From: Geosiphon pyriformis uo1 | Lineage: Eukaryota > Fungi > Glomeromycota | Reading direction: 5' to 3' | NCBI GenBank assembly: GCA_016748015.1 | Contig: JAAOMT010000295.1 | Location: forward strand, 1,054,001 to 1,118,000 | Length of the DNA stretch: 64,000 nt | Part shown: positions 13,731 through 25,716 of the stretch, piece by piece | How the letters are laid out: every line of letters starts with the position of its first letter | Position numbering within the stretch: position 1 is the first letter of the stretch | Program-made: the position numbers and the translations under genes | Notes under the pieces: generated by a model | What the model was told of the DNA's origin: nothing | Databases searched by the model: none | The model's input: the letters and a program-made list of their open reading frames with translations, nothing else

Positions 13731-14597
13731 TGAAAAGTAGCAAGATTAAATTCTTGAAACTGACAAAGGATACGGACAATACATATAAATAAAGTTTGGT
13801 ATATTCTTTCTTTTTTTTTTAAGCATAATATCAGCCGAATTATTATACATAGTTCTTGTTCCCGTGGATTTGATATAAAATAACTAGATTATCTTTTCCT
13901 CTTTTGTAAAAAATATAGTGATTTTAGGTTTTAATTCTTATTACAAGTTATATGTTTTTATATTTGTTACTATGTTTAATAAATTTACTATCATTATAAA
14001 ATTTTCCTATTGAACTTTTTTTCACCTTAATTCCAGATTTTGGATTAATGTAAGTGATAATAATTGAATAAAATTTTTTAACTTTATTTGGTTATAAAGT
14101 TTATAAATATAAATAAATTACACATGCAAAAAGTCATTTTACAAAAATATTCATAACATGTTTACTTATTAATAAAAAAGCAAAACATGTGGCTAATTTT
14201 TTAGTTATTATTTTTATACAATTTAGTACATGTATAATAAAAATTGTGACAATTATAATTAAAGAATTTATATATTCTATTTGAATACAATCACAAGGAT
14301 TAATTAAAAAATAATAAAAATAATATTATTATTATTAATAAATTAAAAGTAAAATTTATCAGAAAATGAATAAGAAACTTGGAACATAATATTTTTATTT
14401 GTTATTAGTATAATATTAATGTATTATTTTATAAAAGTAATAAATACCCAAACTTATATAACTATATAATAAAAATCTTATAAATTGATTTTTGATCAAG
14501 TTTTGAAACCTTATTTGTTATTATGACAGTATTATACAATTTAAACATTTTAATTAGAGAAAAAATTATTTAAAAATATATTTGCAATAACAAAATA

Positions 14598-14635
<38 letters not shown>

Positions 14636-17600
14636 TTTAGTATAATTAGATCTAATAAAATAATACTTAGTTAAAAATTTAAATTAATTTAAAAATTAGT
14701 ATAGGAAATTATGCGCCCATAACTATGACAATAATATTGATACAGATACTAAGAATTAATTAAAAAACAAATACTTATCAAAGATTTTGTTTGATAAAAA
14801 ACTTGCAGAAATAGTGCCCAACAATACAAACACCAAGACGAGAATAAATAAGTAATTTCTTTGTAATAAAAAAATTATTTAAAAAAACATACTAAAGATT
14901 CTGTTTAATAGTTAACTTTTAACAAATTGGAAGTGTGAACGACAAAATTGAAACTAGGAATATCGGACAAAGTAATTAATTTTTATAATTAAGAAAGCTT
15001 ATCTAAATCCTGTATTGTAGTGACCTTTAGCAAATTGGAAACATGCAAATGCAACATCAAAACTGAAAAATGGGAAAGATAAATAATTTCGTCATAATTA
15101 AAAAATCTTTTTAAAATTAAAAACTTATTTACAATTTTGATTTGTGGTAAAATCTATATTAATTAGATATTAGCAGTGTGTAATGCCAAAGCAAAGAAAG
15201 AAAATGATAAAATCATTTTATAATCAGAAATTGCTTACCAAAAATTATAATTATTTAAGAACAGAAAACTTTTTAACGAAAATAAATTTGAGAAATGCAA
15301 AGACAAATTATAAAGTTTATGTGAATTGACTGTTCAAAAAGTTTAACGAAATGCTGAATTAATTTCAAAAAGAAACCCAAAAACATTTATTACTTTTTAA
15401 CGTGAGCAATTATGTTCAAATTAAATTTCCAAAATAGATAGAATGAAATTAATAAAAAAACCACTTTCGTACAAGATTTTAGAAGTTTGTAATAAAAATT
15501 CATATCATCTTTGTTGTGCTTATCAAATTTTAAAATTTTTCCTTTCAATTAAAAGTATTAGTGCTGAATTTTCTGAACTTAAAACTATATCAGATTGTAA
15601 AATTTCACTTACTGAAGCAACAAGACTCCAAAGTTCTACAATCATCCAATGTATCATATGTCAGTATAAAGCAGATATAAAAAATTGAGTGCAAGAATAT
15701 AGTTCAAAGATGTCACCATTAATTCAAAATTTTTAATTATTAATGTACTGTTTATTCATGAGATTTTGAATCCTATTTTCTGTTTGTTTTCTCCTCTTAA
15801 AATTAAAATTATAAAATTATTTTTGATTATTTAGGATGCATTTCTTGCTGAATCGTTTTTTTTTCCATAAATTTTAGAACTATTTAGCAATAAACTTAAA
15901 AAGACAAAAAAATTTTCCTTTTAAACCGTTCAATTAAATGAAAAGAAATTAGTTTGCAATATAAAAAAGTGAATTTTTTAATCTTTGCTTCATTAAATAT
16001 TGTGAAGAAATTAATAAAGGATTCAACTTTATAACCAAATAAAGTTAAAAAATTTTATTCAATTATTATCACTTACATTAATCCAAAATCTGGAATTGAC
16101 ATGCAAAAATTTCAATAAGAAATTTTAAAATGATAGTAAATTTATTAAAGAAACTCATCTGACATCTAGTTTTTTAGTGCACAACGCCCGAAACTGGAAA
16201 GGTAAGTATTATTTTTTATTAATCCTAAAAACTTATCTGAAATAGAACTTTCTGTGAGGTATAAGCTCGCAATATTAACTTTAATTTGGAAACATGGAAG
16301 CAGTCAATATTAGTTTAATATCGAAAGTCCAAGAACGATAATTATTAATTTACTAGTTTATATAATTTACTAACTATTACCAGATGTCGGTTAATTAGTT
16401 CTTAGAATTGGGCCAAATCTCGATATATTTATATATTTTCAAAAATTTATCTTTTAGGTTTTAAAACCAACCATAAAAATAGATACTGTCTGAGATGTTC
16501 ACATCATTCCGCGCTAAATTAAGAGTACAAAACGTGACCCAACAGATAATATTGTGACTCATAAAAAATTCTAACCAGGTAAAACCCCATAATATTTCAT
16601 GACTATCAAAAACCTATTGATCATTAATTATTTTCTTAAAGCTATAAAGCTTTTTTAATATTAATCATTTAAGCGCGATGTTAAAATGGTTTATTTTATG
16701 AATATTCCTGTTCTCGATGTAAAAGATAGTGCTGATAACATTATTCACAAAAATTTTGAGACTTATTCTAAATGTAGTTTAAAATGATCAAAAACACAAA
16801 ACTTCTCAAATTGTAAAAGTTAGATATAAATATATTTAATTATTTAAAAAGTAGCATAAAGAGACTGAAAAATAGAAAAAAACTTTTTGAACATATTAAT
16901 TTTACTTTTATTATCAATATTTGTTTTTTTTTTGGTTTATTACAAAATTATAAAAAATATGACAAAATAAAAATTTTATTGTTAATAGTTGGTATTTAAG
17001 AAAAAACTTAATTTAAGCATTAATTAGCAAGTTAATTTGTTTATCTAAAACTTACATATAAAATTTTTGGCATCATTATTTTGTTTTACTAACTATATTT
17101 TTAAGATTAAAAAATTTTAGTACCAAAAATCATATTTAATTGTTTTTTAAACAATCATAGAGTCTTGATCAAAAATTGTTTTATTTAAATAAAACCTATC
17201 TGTTTGATTGAAACTTTAGAAAATGGGTTGAAGCAAATAAATTATCATTATCTCTTAAAATTGGGGAGATTTTTTATATTTCAGGCAAAAAAGGTTTCAT
17301 CTTTAAGATTTATGAGTTAAATTCAAACAAATTAATCAAAGAAACATTATTCAACTCTTTGTTTCATTTAATTATTTAAAAATATCTTAATTTAATAACA
17401 AAGTTTGATTATTGAGAGTCAGTCCGAAAAAATAATTATAAAAATTAAACTACTTCATAATTTGGTTTTTAAACGTTCGCGAAATATTTGACTTTAAAGT
17501 AACTTGATACTTTGACAATGTATGGATTGTGTTTTTAATAAGTCTTGACAGTTTTTTAAAGTTATGAATCACTATTCAAGTCTTAATCATATAGCCAATA

Positions 17601-19207
17601 ATTTATTTGCAAATAAAATCAGTTAAAAGCCAGGAAAAAATACATTTTGAACAACAATTCTGATGCTGGTTAAAAGACAAATGTTTCATTAAATAAATTT
17701 TTTTTATTTAATAATCAAAGTTTCTTGTATTAATTTTTTGATTTCAAAATAGTTGAATGATTTTAAAATCATTTTATTTTTTAAAAAAATGAATTAAGAA
17801 TATTTTTGATCTGAAGTTCAATTTTTAAACCAAATTATTTAATGTACAAAAAAAAAATATAACTTGGAAAGAATTTTTGATTATAATACTTTTCAAGTAT
17901 AGTCAAAAAATTAATTTTTTGATTTAATATTTTATTCCGTTTTATTTATATAATTTCAAAATGTATTTCTAGTTTTATTTTGACTAAAATTATAAGATTT
18001 TCAGTAGATATTTTTTCTTTTATTCTAGCCTGAAAAAGTTGTCCGTTTAAAAATAACTTTTTTAGGTTCAAAATCAAAACATTATGTAGATCATTTCTAA
18101 CAAGGAAAATTTCCGGATCAACACTTACCAATCTCGATACCGTAAATGAAACTATAAAAAGTAGCATGAATGAGTAACTATTTTTAGCGAGATCACCTTA
18201 TGACATGTTGCCACATGAGATATGGCTTTTATAGGAGATAACTGTGAATAATTTTAGGTAGTACTACATTATAACATCTGAAAAGAAAGGATGAGAATAA
18301 TAATAGGTCAAGTGATGGCTGCTGCAAATAATATTCAAAAAAAGGATGGGATGAATGTGAAGAAGCCTTCAAAACTTGAAACTTTTTAGACCGAAATCGT
18401 ATTGTTTTTTTAAGATAAAAACATTAAAAATTTTTAAGAAATGGTTCACACAGTCAGAATATGAACATTCAAATATTGAATTTTTCTTTCGTTATAACGA
18501 ACCTTATTCATTTAAAAACTCTTGAAAAATTTATTTGTATTTTGTGAAAGATTAAATTTTCGTAAAAAAGAAGTCGATTAATGAAAAATTTAGAAAAAAT
18601 AATTTATTTCATTTTTTAATACGTTCCCCTTATCATGAAAATGGTATGTTTGAAGACGAGGAAAAAAATTTAAAGTTTATTCTGACTTGAAATGTTTAAA
18701 GGTTATTGTCATTTAAGACCAATGGACAAAATCTTTTATTGAAAAAAAATGAAAAAAATTTCGTAAATATAAAAAATTTTGAACAAGTCTTTCCGATAAT
18801 TGTTTACTATGATTGATGTCCTTAAATAGACATTTCAACTGTAACTTTTCCAAATTTAACCATTTTTCGGCTTTTTTTTTTTTAAAAAGTAAAAAACTCA
18901 AATATCTCATTAAGGGTCACAAAAGATTTCAATAATTTGGATGCTTTATTCATGAGCCATAAATCATCTCTTTTTATTTATGTACGGGTATTTTTCTTGG
19001 ACTCTTTTTGGCAAAATTTTCATATAGATTAAAACTGTCAGCTGAGGTCATAAAATATTTCTATGATAAAATTGCCAATTTTTTTGATCCTGTTTAGAAC
19101 CTGATCATGGAGTTTGACCTAAATCTCATATATTAAATACCACAAAAAATTATTTAAAATTAAAAGAACGTTATCTATCTTATTATCAAGTATTGAAGTG
19201 GGTCTAC

Positions 19208-19208
<1 letters not shown>

Positions 19209-19243
<35 letters not shown>
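19209..19243. repeat. (ATC)n microsatellite
   Basis: Directly visible. Confidence 0.9.
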
Positions 19244-20759
19244 AATGACTATGATGTTAAATAAAATTAAAAAAAGGATTGTCCGAATTTAGAATTTTTT
19301 AAGGGGCAATAAGATATACGTGTAACAGACCACGCTATTATTGTTTGCCAACTTATCATCTTACAAGCATGCATAAAATAGTATCATGGACGACAGGTGC
19401 CTGCATTTCGTCAGATCGTACAAATGTCTGATCTTTGACAAAATATCGGGCAATGAAAAAGATGAAAAAAAGGTCCAATATTAATTCGTGACATCACAGT
19501 TGTTTTGATTCAACATTGGTTACCTATGACACATGTTAATTCCCAAAATTTCCCATTCTTTTTTAATTTCTTTACGAGAAGTAGATTTCCTAAAAATTTA
19601 TTAAAAAACTACGAAAATAATTTGTCATAATCAGAGGATCTATGTTATCGTTTGAAAAAAAATTTTGTTAGAAAATTTTCAAAATCTCATCTTAAAAAAA
19701 TACCGGGTATATTTCCTTGATTGAATTCAAGTAAAACATGCACAAACATGCACTGACCAGCATTGTGTACGTGCTCCCAGCAGGTTCCCCTCTTTTTAAC
19801 CTTTGTTTTTTCTTTTTATTTAGTTCATGCATGCAATGTTTGTGCAATTTTAATTTTACTATGGTACTTGAGCCGTGATCTTTTCGCATTATCATTCACA
19901 TCAAATAATTTAAGAGCAAAACTGCATTATTATTATTATTATTATTATTTTATTGAAAAATGGTTTAAAGATTATTTGATAATAATTGGTCTGGGTAGGT
20001 AATATCATAAAACTTTTTTAAAAAAAAATTCTTTGAAGAAATTTTGCTTGTCTTTTTTAAAAATTTACAACTTGAATTTTTTTTGTAATCAAAAGGATTG
20101 GAAAGTTAAAATTATTTTTTGATAGTGCAGTGAAAATTTGAATAGTTCATTCTTGCAGATCATACCATGAGCTCAATAAAGATTTTTTCCATTGATTACC
20201 AATTTGTCATTAAATATGACCTATTTAGTATATTTAAATAGTTTTCCCTTGTGTGCTTAAATTTGAATTTGCCGTTGTCAGATGATAATAGTTGGTTTAT
20301 TTATGAATGAAATAACTTACAAATGGTGAACGTGAAAAAAGTTCTAGGGACAAATGAAAACAAAGTTTTGAGTAAAAAATAGGTTTTTTTTTCATTTCAA
20401 AAATTTCATTGGTTCTAGTTTTTTATCTTATTTATTAAGATATTTTACAGGTATATATCAGGATTTAAAATTGAATTTCCTTTAAACCTAATCTTTGTGA
20501 ATGTAACACCATTGTCACCGAATAATTTTCTAAAAAAAAAAAACTCAATTATTTAAATCTTTGGAATCTTTCTTAAAATTAAATTCAAATCTATTGGTTA
20601 AATCATATTAACAAATATCCTTTAAGCAAAATTAGGGTTTCTCTTTTCTTTTTTTAACTAATATTTTGATTCAAAACTAAAGCGAATTAATGAATAAATC
20701 AATGAAATTTAATGTTAATTTTTAAAATTATTAAAAAGTTCGTGTGTCTATTATATGAA

Positions 20760-20805
20760 ATGATATGATATAATATAATATGATATGATATGATATGATA
20801 TGATA
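20760..20805. repeat. (ATATG)n pentanucleotide repeat
   Basis: Directly visible, imperfect at the left end. Confidence 0.85.
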
Positions 20806-21451
20806 CCTTTCACGGTCAAATAAATGAAACTGGTCGGCTACTACTTACAAACAAAAAATAAGCTTGTCTTAAATTTATCATATCAGAATAATACCTTTTC
20901 GACCTTCTTTTACAAAAAATGCTTTGAAAGGAAGGCTCAAATAACTTCAAGTCTCTAAACTTTTAAAGGAGCAATAATTCTTATTTACTGAAACCGTAAA
21001 TTTTTTTGGTTTAAACAAGAAACTAAAAATGAGGAGTATCCCTATTCTTAATCACAACATTCACATATACAAAGAAGCAAAGATATTTAAAATTATTGTT
21101 TGCCAAAAAAATTGGTCTTTTCCTTCAAGATTTGTGGCTTACTTTTAAAATGACATGTTATGCAACCCGAGTTTAAGGTAACGATCAACATTTCTTTATT
21201 GATAATAGCTCTGTGATAGGCGGTTAATCCAAAAAAGGGTGAGTGAAAAGAGGAGATTTGGGAAAACGGGGAATAATTAGTAATAAAGCATTTAAGGAAT
21301 TGATATCAACCATACTCCAAATAATAGGCATTCAGCAAATTTTAATAAGCCTACAGATTGACCCAATATTATCTTTTCATGATTCCAAAAAGTTATTTCT
21401 GGCATGTTCAACAGAATGTTTAATTTTACCGTTAAACCTGTTTTTCCTTTT

Positions 21452-21487
21452 ACCACCCTCACCATCACTACCACCACCACCACCACC

Positions 21488-21545
<58 letters not shown>

Positions 21546-21546
21546 T
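21452..21546. repeat. Compound (CCA)n/(CTA)n microsatellite
   Basis: Directly visible. It explains the poly-P/L/V/S/G ORFs at 21243-21610. Confidence 0.9.
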
Positions 21547-21986
21547 AAAAACCAGTTATTGTCCTCTGTTTCAAAAATAAACTCGATAATTTTTCCATTA
21601 AACTTTTCAATTTATCAATTTCCGAAACTTGAATTCCCCAACGTTATCTGAAAACGATGGCCACATTACCTGATTGACTCACTTTCCCCAAAAAAATTCA
21701 CATTCTAAAATAAGGCTGTCCACCAACTTTGGCATCTTGTGCTTCCATAAATGGAAGCTTTCGAAGATTCTCTTGATACGGCGCTAGCAACTGAATACAA
21801 CATAGACTTGACAGCCGGTCTTTTGTCTGCTGTACTGCAGAATTTTTTATTAAAAGATTGTGATGCAAACATTTCGACGATTTAAAGTATGAGAACAAGT
21901 AGCAGGATCGCAGGCTTGCACTAGATTCGATTTCGAAAAGCGAGGACTGAATTGGAGATCGATCAAAGATAAATAAGAAAAATATC

Positions 21987-22050
21987 CCATCCATCCATCC
22001 ATCCATCCATCCATCCATTCATCCATTCATCCATTCATCCATTCATCCAT
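21987..22050. repeat. (CCAT)n/(CCATTCAT)n repeat
   Basis: Directly visible. It explains the MDGWMDGW start of ORF 21698..22018. Confidence 0.9.
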
Positions 22051-24747
22051 TTATTGGAAAACTTTTCTTTAACAGCAAAACTTGAATTTATCAATAAGCT
22101 TATTTCATTTTTAATGACTAAAGCCTTTTCATTCAAACCCATAATAAAACAAAATATTTGAAGGTAAAAAATGTTTAATCAAGAGAAAGAGCAGGTATAA
22201 AAAATTTTGAATCTGGATTTATACTGGACTGAACTGGGACTAGGCTAGGACTAGGCCAGACTAGTCCGGACTTGAGTTTTCCATCTTCCAAAAAAGAATA
22301 TCAATTGTTGTTATTTGCATCATCTTAATCATCATCCTAAAATAAACTATTAATTGAGAGACCAAAAACACAAACGCTATTATCAAATAACAAAACTAGC
22401 CCACTCCCAATCAAATGAGAAATCTGAATGATGAACATGAAAAAATCGCATTTTTCTTTTAAACGTAAAAATCAAAGAAAATTAAACCATTTTATTTAGA
22501 AATTATTCATCTCTTAGGAAAAAATGGACTTTCTGGAAATTCGTTGTCGATTTAGAAATCAAAATTGCTTTAATTCGTGTGAAATATTGTATGATGAGTG
22601 TGTGTTATGACTTTGTTGATCTTTTTGGTGGTAGTTTTTCCCACAATGCAGCCCTATTTACGGGTGATTTGAAATGAACTTGCAAATGAAATCAGATAAT
22701 GCGACTCCCAGGCTAATTGAATATGGAGAGCAAGTTCCAAAGGCCCATAATAAACCATTGAGATTTAAGGGATGAGTAAAAAAAGGGGTCAAATCACAAA
22801 TGGAACCTGATTGTTCTGGAATGATACTATTAAAAATTTCATGCTGAATATATTTAAAATTTCGTTAATTTTCATGGGAAAAAAAGACGAATCGCAAGAA
22901 ATTTTTGAAATAAGATCAAAGTTTGTGTTAAGATAGCTTAATTTTGAAAAAAGCTACAAGATTTGTCTCTGGGAAAAATCCAAAATTTCAAAATTCGGGA
23001 GAACAACATTGATTTTACTGTGATGTATAGCTTTGGTTGTTTGGTTGTACATGAACACACAAACAGCACACAGGTTCGGATTTTCTAATGATTGGTCCAT
23101 CCTAAATTGGTATGATAATGTGGCCAAAAAGTCAGAGAAAACCAAGAATTGGCAAAAGTTTTGACAGGGTGGCCCAACAAGCAACATAGCCAGGGTGATT
23201 GTTTGGTCCTTGCCACATTCCATCTTACCCGTTTCAATACTAAACCTCCTTCAAAATTGTTCGTTTTAATGATACCAGGTATGATGAAAGTGATTCCAAG
23301 AGAAAAATGTTCATTTTCCTTTGAAGAAAATTGAATTTTTTTTTTTTTGATATTCTGCGGACTTGATATGAAATTGAATAATACATAAAACTTCTAGATT
23401 TAGAATAGTTTGTTTACGAAAAGGGAATTGGCCTGAGTCGTATAAACTTGCACGAGGTAAAAAAACGCATAAGGCCGTGATTGGATATTATATATTGCAC
23501 GAAATGCAAGCCGAGGCGATCTCCATAGCTAAAATGGATCGAAATACTGGAGAACTTTTTTGAGTTGACCGTAATAGCCAAAAGACATGCGGTAATTCCT
23601 CACGCCATGCTTTGTCAGTAATTTTTTGATTTCTTCGCTTTCAAAAATAATTGTATTTTAACATATTTTCCAAGGACCAACGGTTCGTTCCTTGTGGAGC
23701 TGCGCGAAAAATATATCATCAATGACGACGAAGTAATACACTGTTTATATATGGGAATTTTTGAGTCTTACCAGGAAAATCAAGGCAATTGTAATTGTGT
23801 TGGAATATGATATTCCTCACCTGTTTAGCCACCACGCTCATCAGTGATCAATATCGTGACGATTATCCCATTTCATTTTCAACCCCCCGGATTTATACGA
23901 TTCTTTTTTTTTTTTAATCAGACATTCTTTTTTCTGTCAGCAGAGTACCATCTCTCTTTTTCTCATTTCATTCTCTGTCAATTTTTCCTAACCAGAAAAT
24001 AATTTTCTTTCACCTTCTAAAATACATAAATTCAATTAAATCTTTCCTAATTGGCAAATCAAACAACGGTTTCAACTTTTGAAAGGTGAGCTAATTTTCA
24101 AGAAAATTATTAACTGCCCAGAAAACAGAGTTTCATTCACCGAATTCACATAAATGAGGCAGTAGATTTCTTGTTGGATAAATCTTTAATTCGGCAATAA
24201 TTATTATCCACGATTATTCATAATCTTTTTGTTTTCCTATTTTTTTTTTATTATTATTCACCTCCTGATCATTTTTTTTTTTTTTTTTGAGCTTTTCACC
24301 TTTGAGACTTCCTATTTACAAACCCAATTTACATTCTTTATTTATATTATAAAAAATGTTGATTACTTGCTGCATCATTCACGCTTAAACTCTGAAATGC
24401 ACAGTATCTGCAGTGTAAAACAATCATCAATATATATCGGAACAAATTACACAATCTTCGACATTCAACAATAGCCTTTTAACCCTTTGAAACATACGCC
24501 ACTTCAGTTTCAAATTAACAGATAAACACACACTCACTCACATTCACAAGTTGAATTAAAATATATATAAAAAAGATTTCATTTTTTCATTCGTCAATAA
24601 CTTACTCTTTTCTCTCTTCTGATAAAAAGTTGACAGGATCAAGAAAATCAAAAAAATTCAGTCTGCATTGTTAGCTTCTTTTTTTTTTCCAAAGAAAAGC
24701 TGAATACACTTTCAAGAAATTGAAAGAGCTTCCCTCGAATCAAGAAA

Positions 24748-25716
24748 ATGGAATACCCAAAAACAAAACTCATGCAACGTTATCGACTATGTGAAGCGCC
24801 AGCTTCTCTTTTACAACTCATTACAACTTCTAACAAAGAAGCCGATGAAATACTTGAAAATTCTACGATAATGACACCACCTTTAACCCCAACTACCACG
24901 ACCACTTCTGTATTTTCACTTAATTCCAATGAAGAAGGCACTAAACAAGAAAATCGTGTTGGTCCTTTACGGCATAACATTGGAGGCCGTCGTCGTAAAA
25001 ATCCTTACCCAATACGTTCCCCTGACACAAATTCTGAAGGCATTACCTTGAATGTGGACATATACTCAGCATACATACATAACCCGATCTCATTAAGAGC
25101 TCCTGCACTTTCAGCCAACTCTCACAAGACGTTCTCTTCAGCATCCTTGAATTGGACATCTGATTCCGGTGAATCAATAACAAGTTCAAGAAATGCTGAT
25201 ATTTATGGAAATTCTTGTCATAATAACACTTCTCATGTACAAACTCGAAATCGACGTCAACGACAACACACCACACAAAGAACAAGGCGAAGTAAAGCAT
25301 TGGGAAGAGTAATCGGTGCAAGTAATAATGGAGGTGATTCAAACACAGTTCGAAACCCTCCTCCATTACCCCAACAAGAATGGCGTGTATTGACAGAAAA
25401 ACTTGAAAGTTTAGGCTTGGATAATTCCGTGTTGGAAGGAGAAGTACCCAAAGTCACATGGAAAGGACCGTTGATGCAAATATCAAATTTACCTCATTAC
25501 GATTATTTGCATTCAACGGAAACTGTATTAGCGTCAACATTACGCTTGACCCCAGCACAATATCTCACCTCTAAGAGTTCAATTATTTGTGCTGCGCGAC
25601 GTTACGAAAAACGAATGATGCCATTCAGAAAAAGTGACGCACAACGCTTGCTCCGTATCGATGTCAATAAGTCGAGTAAGCTATGGGAATTTTTCAGGGG
25701 AATCGGTTGGATCTGA
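24748..25716 (+). CDS. SWIRM-domain protein (Fun19/YOR338W/Laf1-like chromatin regulator), intronless, 322 aa
   Basis: C-terminal VTWKGPLMQISNLPHYDYLHSTETVLASTLRLTPAQYLTSK...FRKSDAQRLLRIDVNKSSKLWEFFRGIGWI is the fungal stand-alone SWIRM signature. The N-terminus is low-complexity with TPPLTP. Confidence 0.93.
   Translation: MEYPKTKLMQRYRLCEAPASLLQLITTSNKEADEILENSTIMTPPLTPTTTTTSVFSLNSNEEGTKQENRVGPLRHNIGGRRRKNPYPIRSPDTNSEGITLNVDIYSAYIHNPISLRAPALSANSHKTFSSASLNWTSDSGESITSSRNADIYGNSCHNNTSHVQTRNRRQRQHTTQRTRRSKALGRVIGASNNGGDSNTVRNPPPLPQQEWRVLTEKLESLGLDNSVLEGEVPKVTWKGPLMQISNLPHYDYLHSTETVLASTLRLTPAQYLTSKSSIICAARRYEKRMMPFRKSDAQRLLRIDVNKSSKLWEFFRGIGWI

Noticed and set aside
18190-18240. SPYDMLPHEIWLL*, resembling an F-box start
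   Set aside because: Only a few residues, an immediate stop and no continuation.
21243-22018. Four ORFs with poly-P/L/V/S/G tracts or MDGW repeats
   Set aside because: Driven by microsatellites. I could not build a spliced gene or recognise a domain, though the intervening 21600-21960 stretch is unexplained.
24229-24474. Possible uORF of the SWIRM gene
   Set aside because: TTG start and Phe-rich composition arising from T-tracts.
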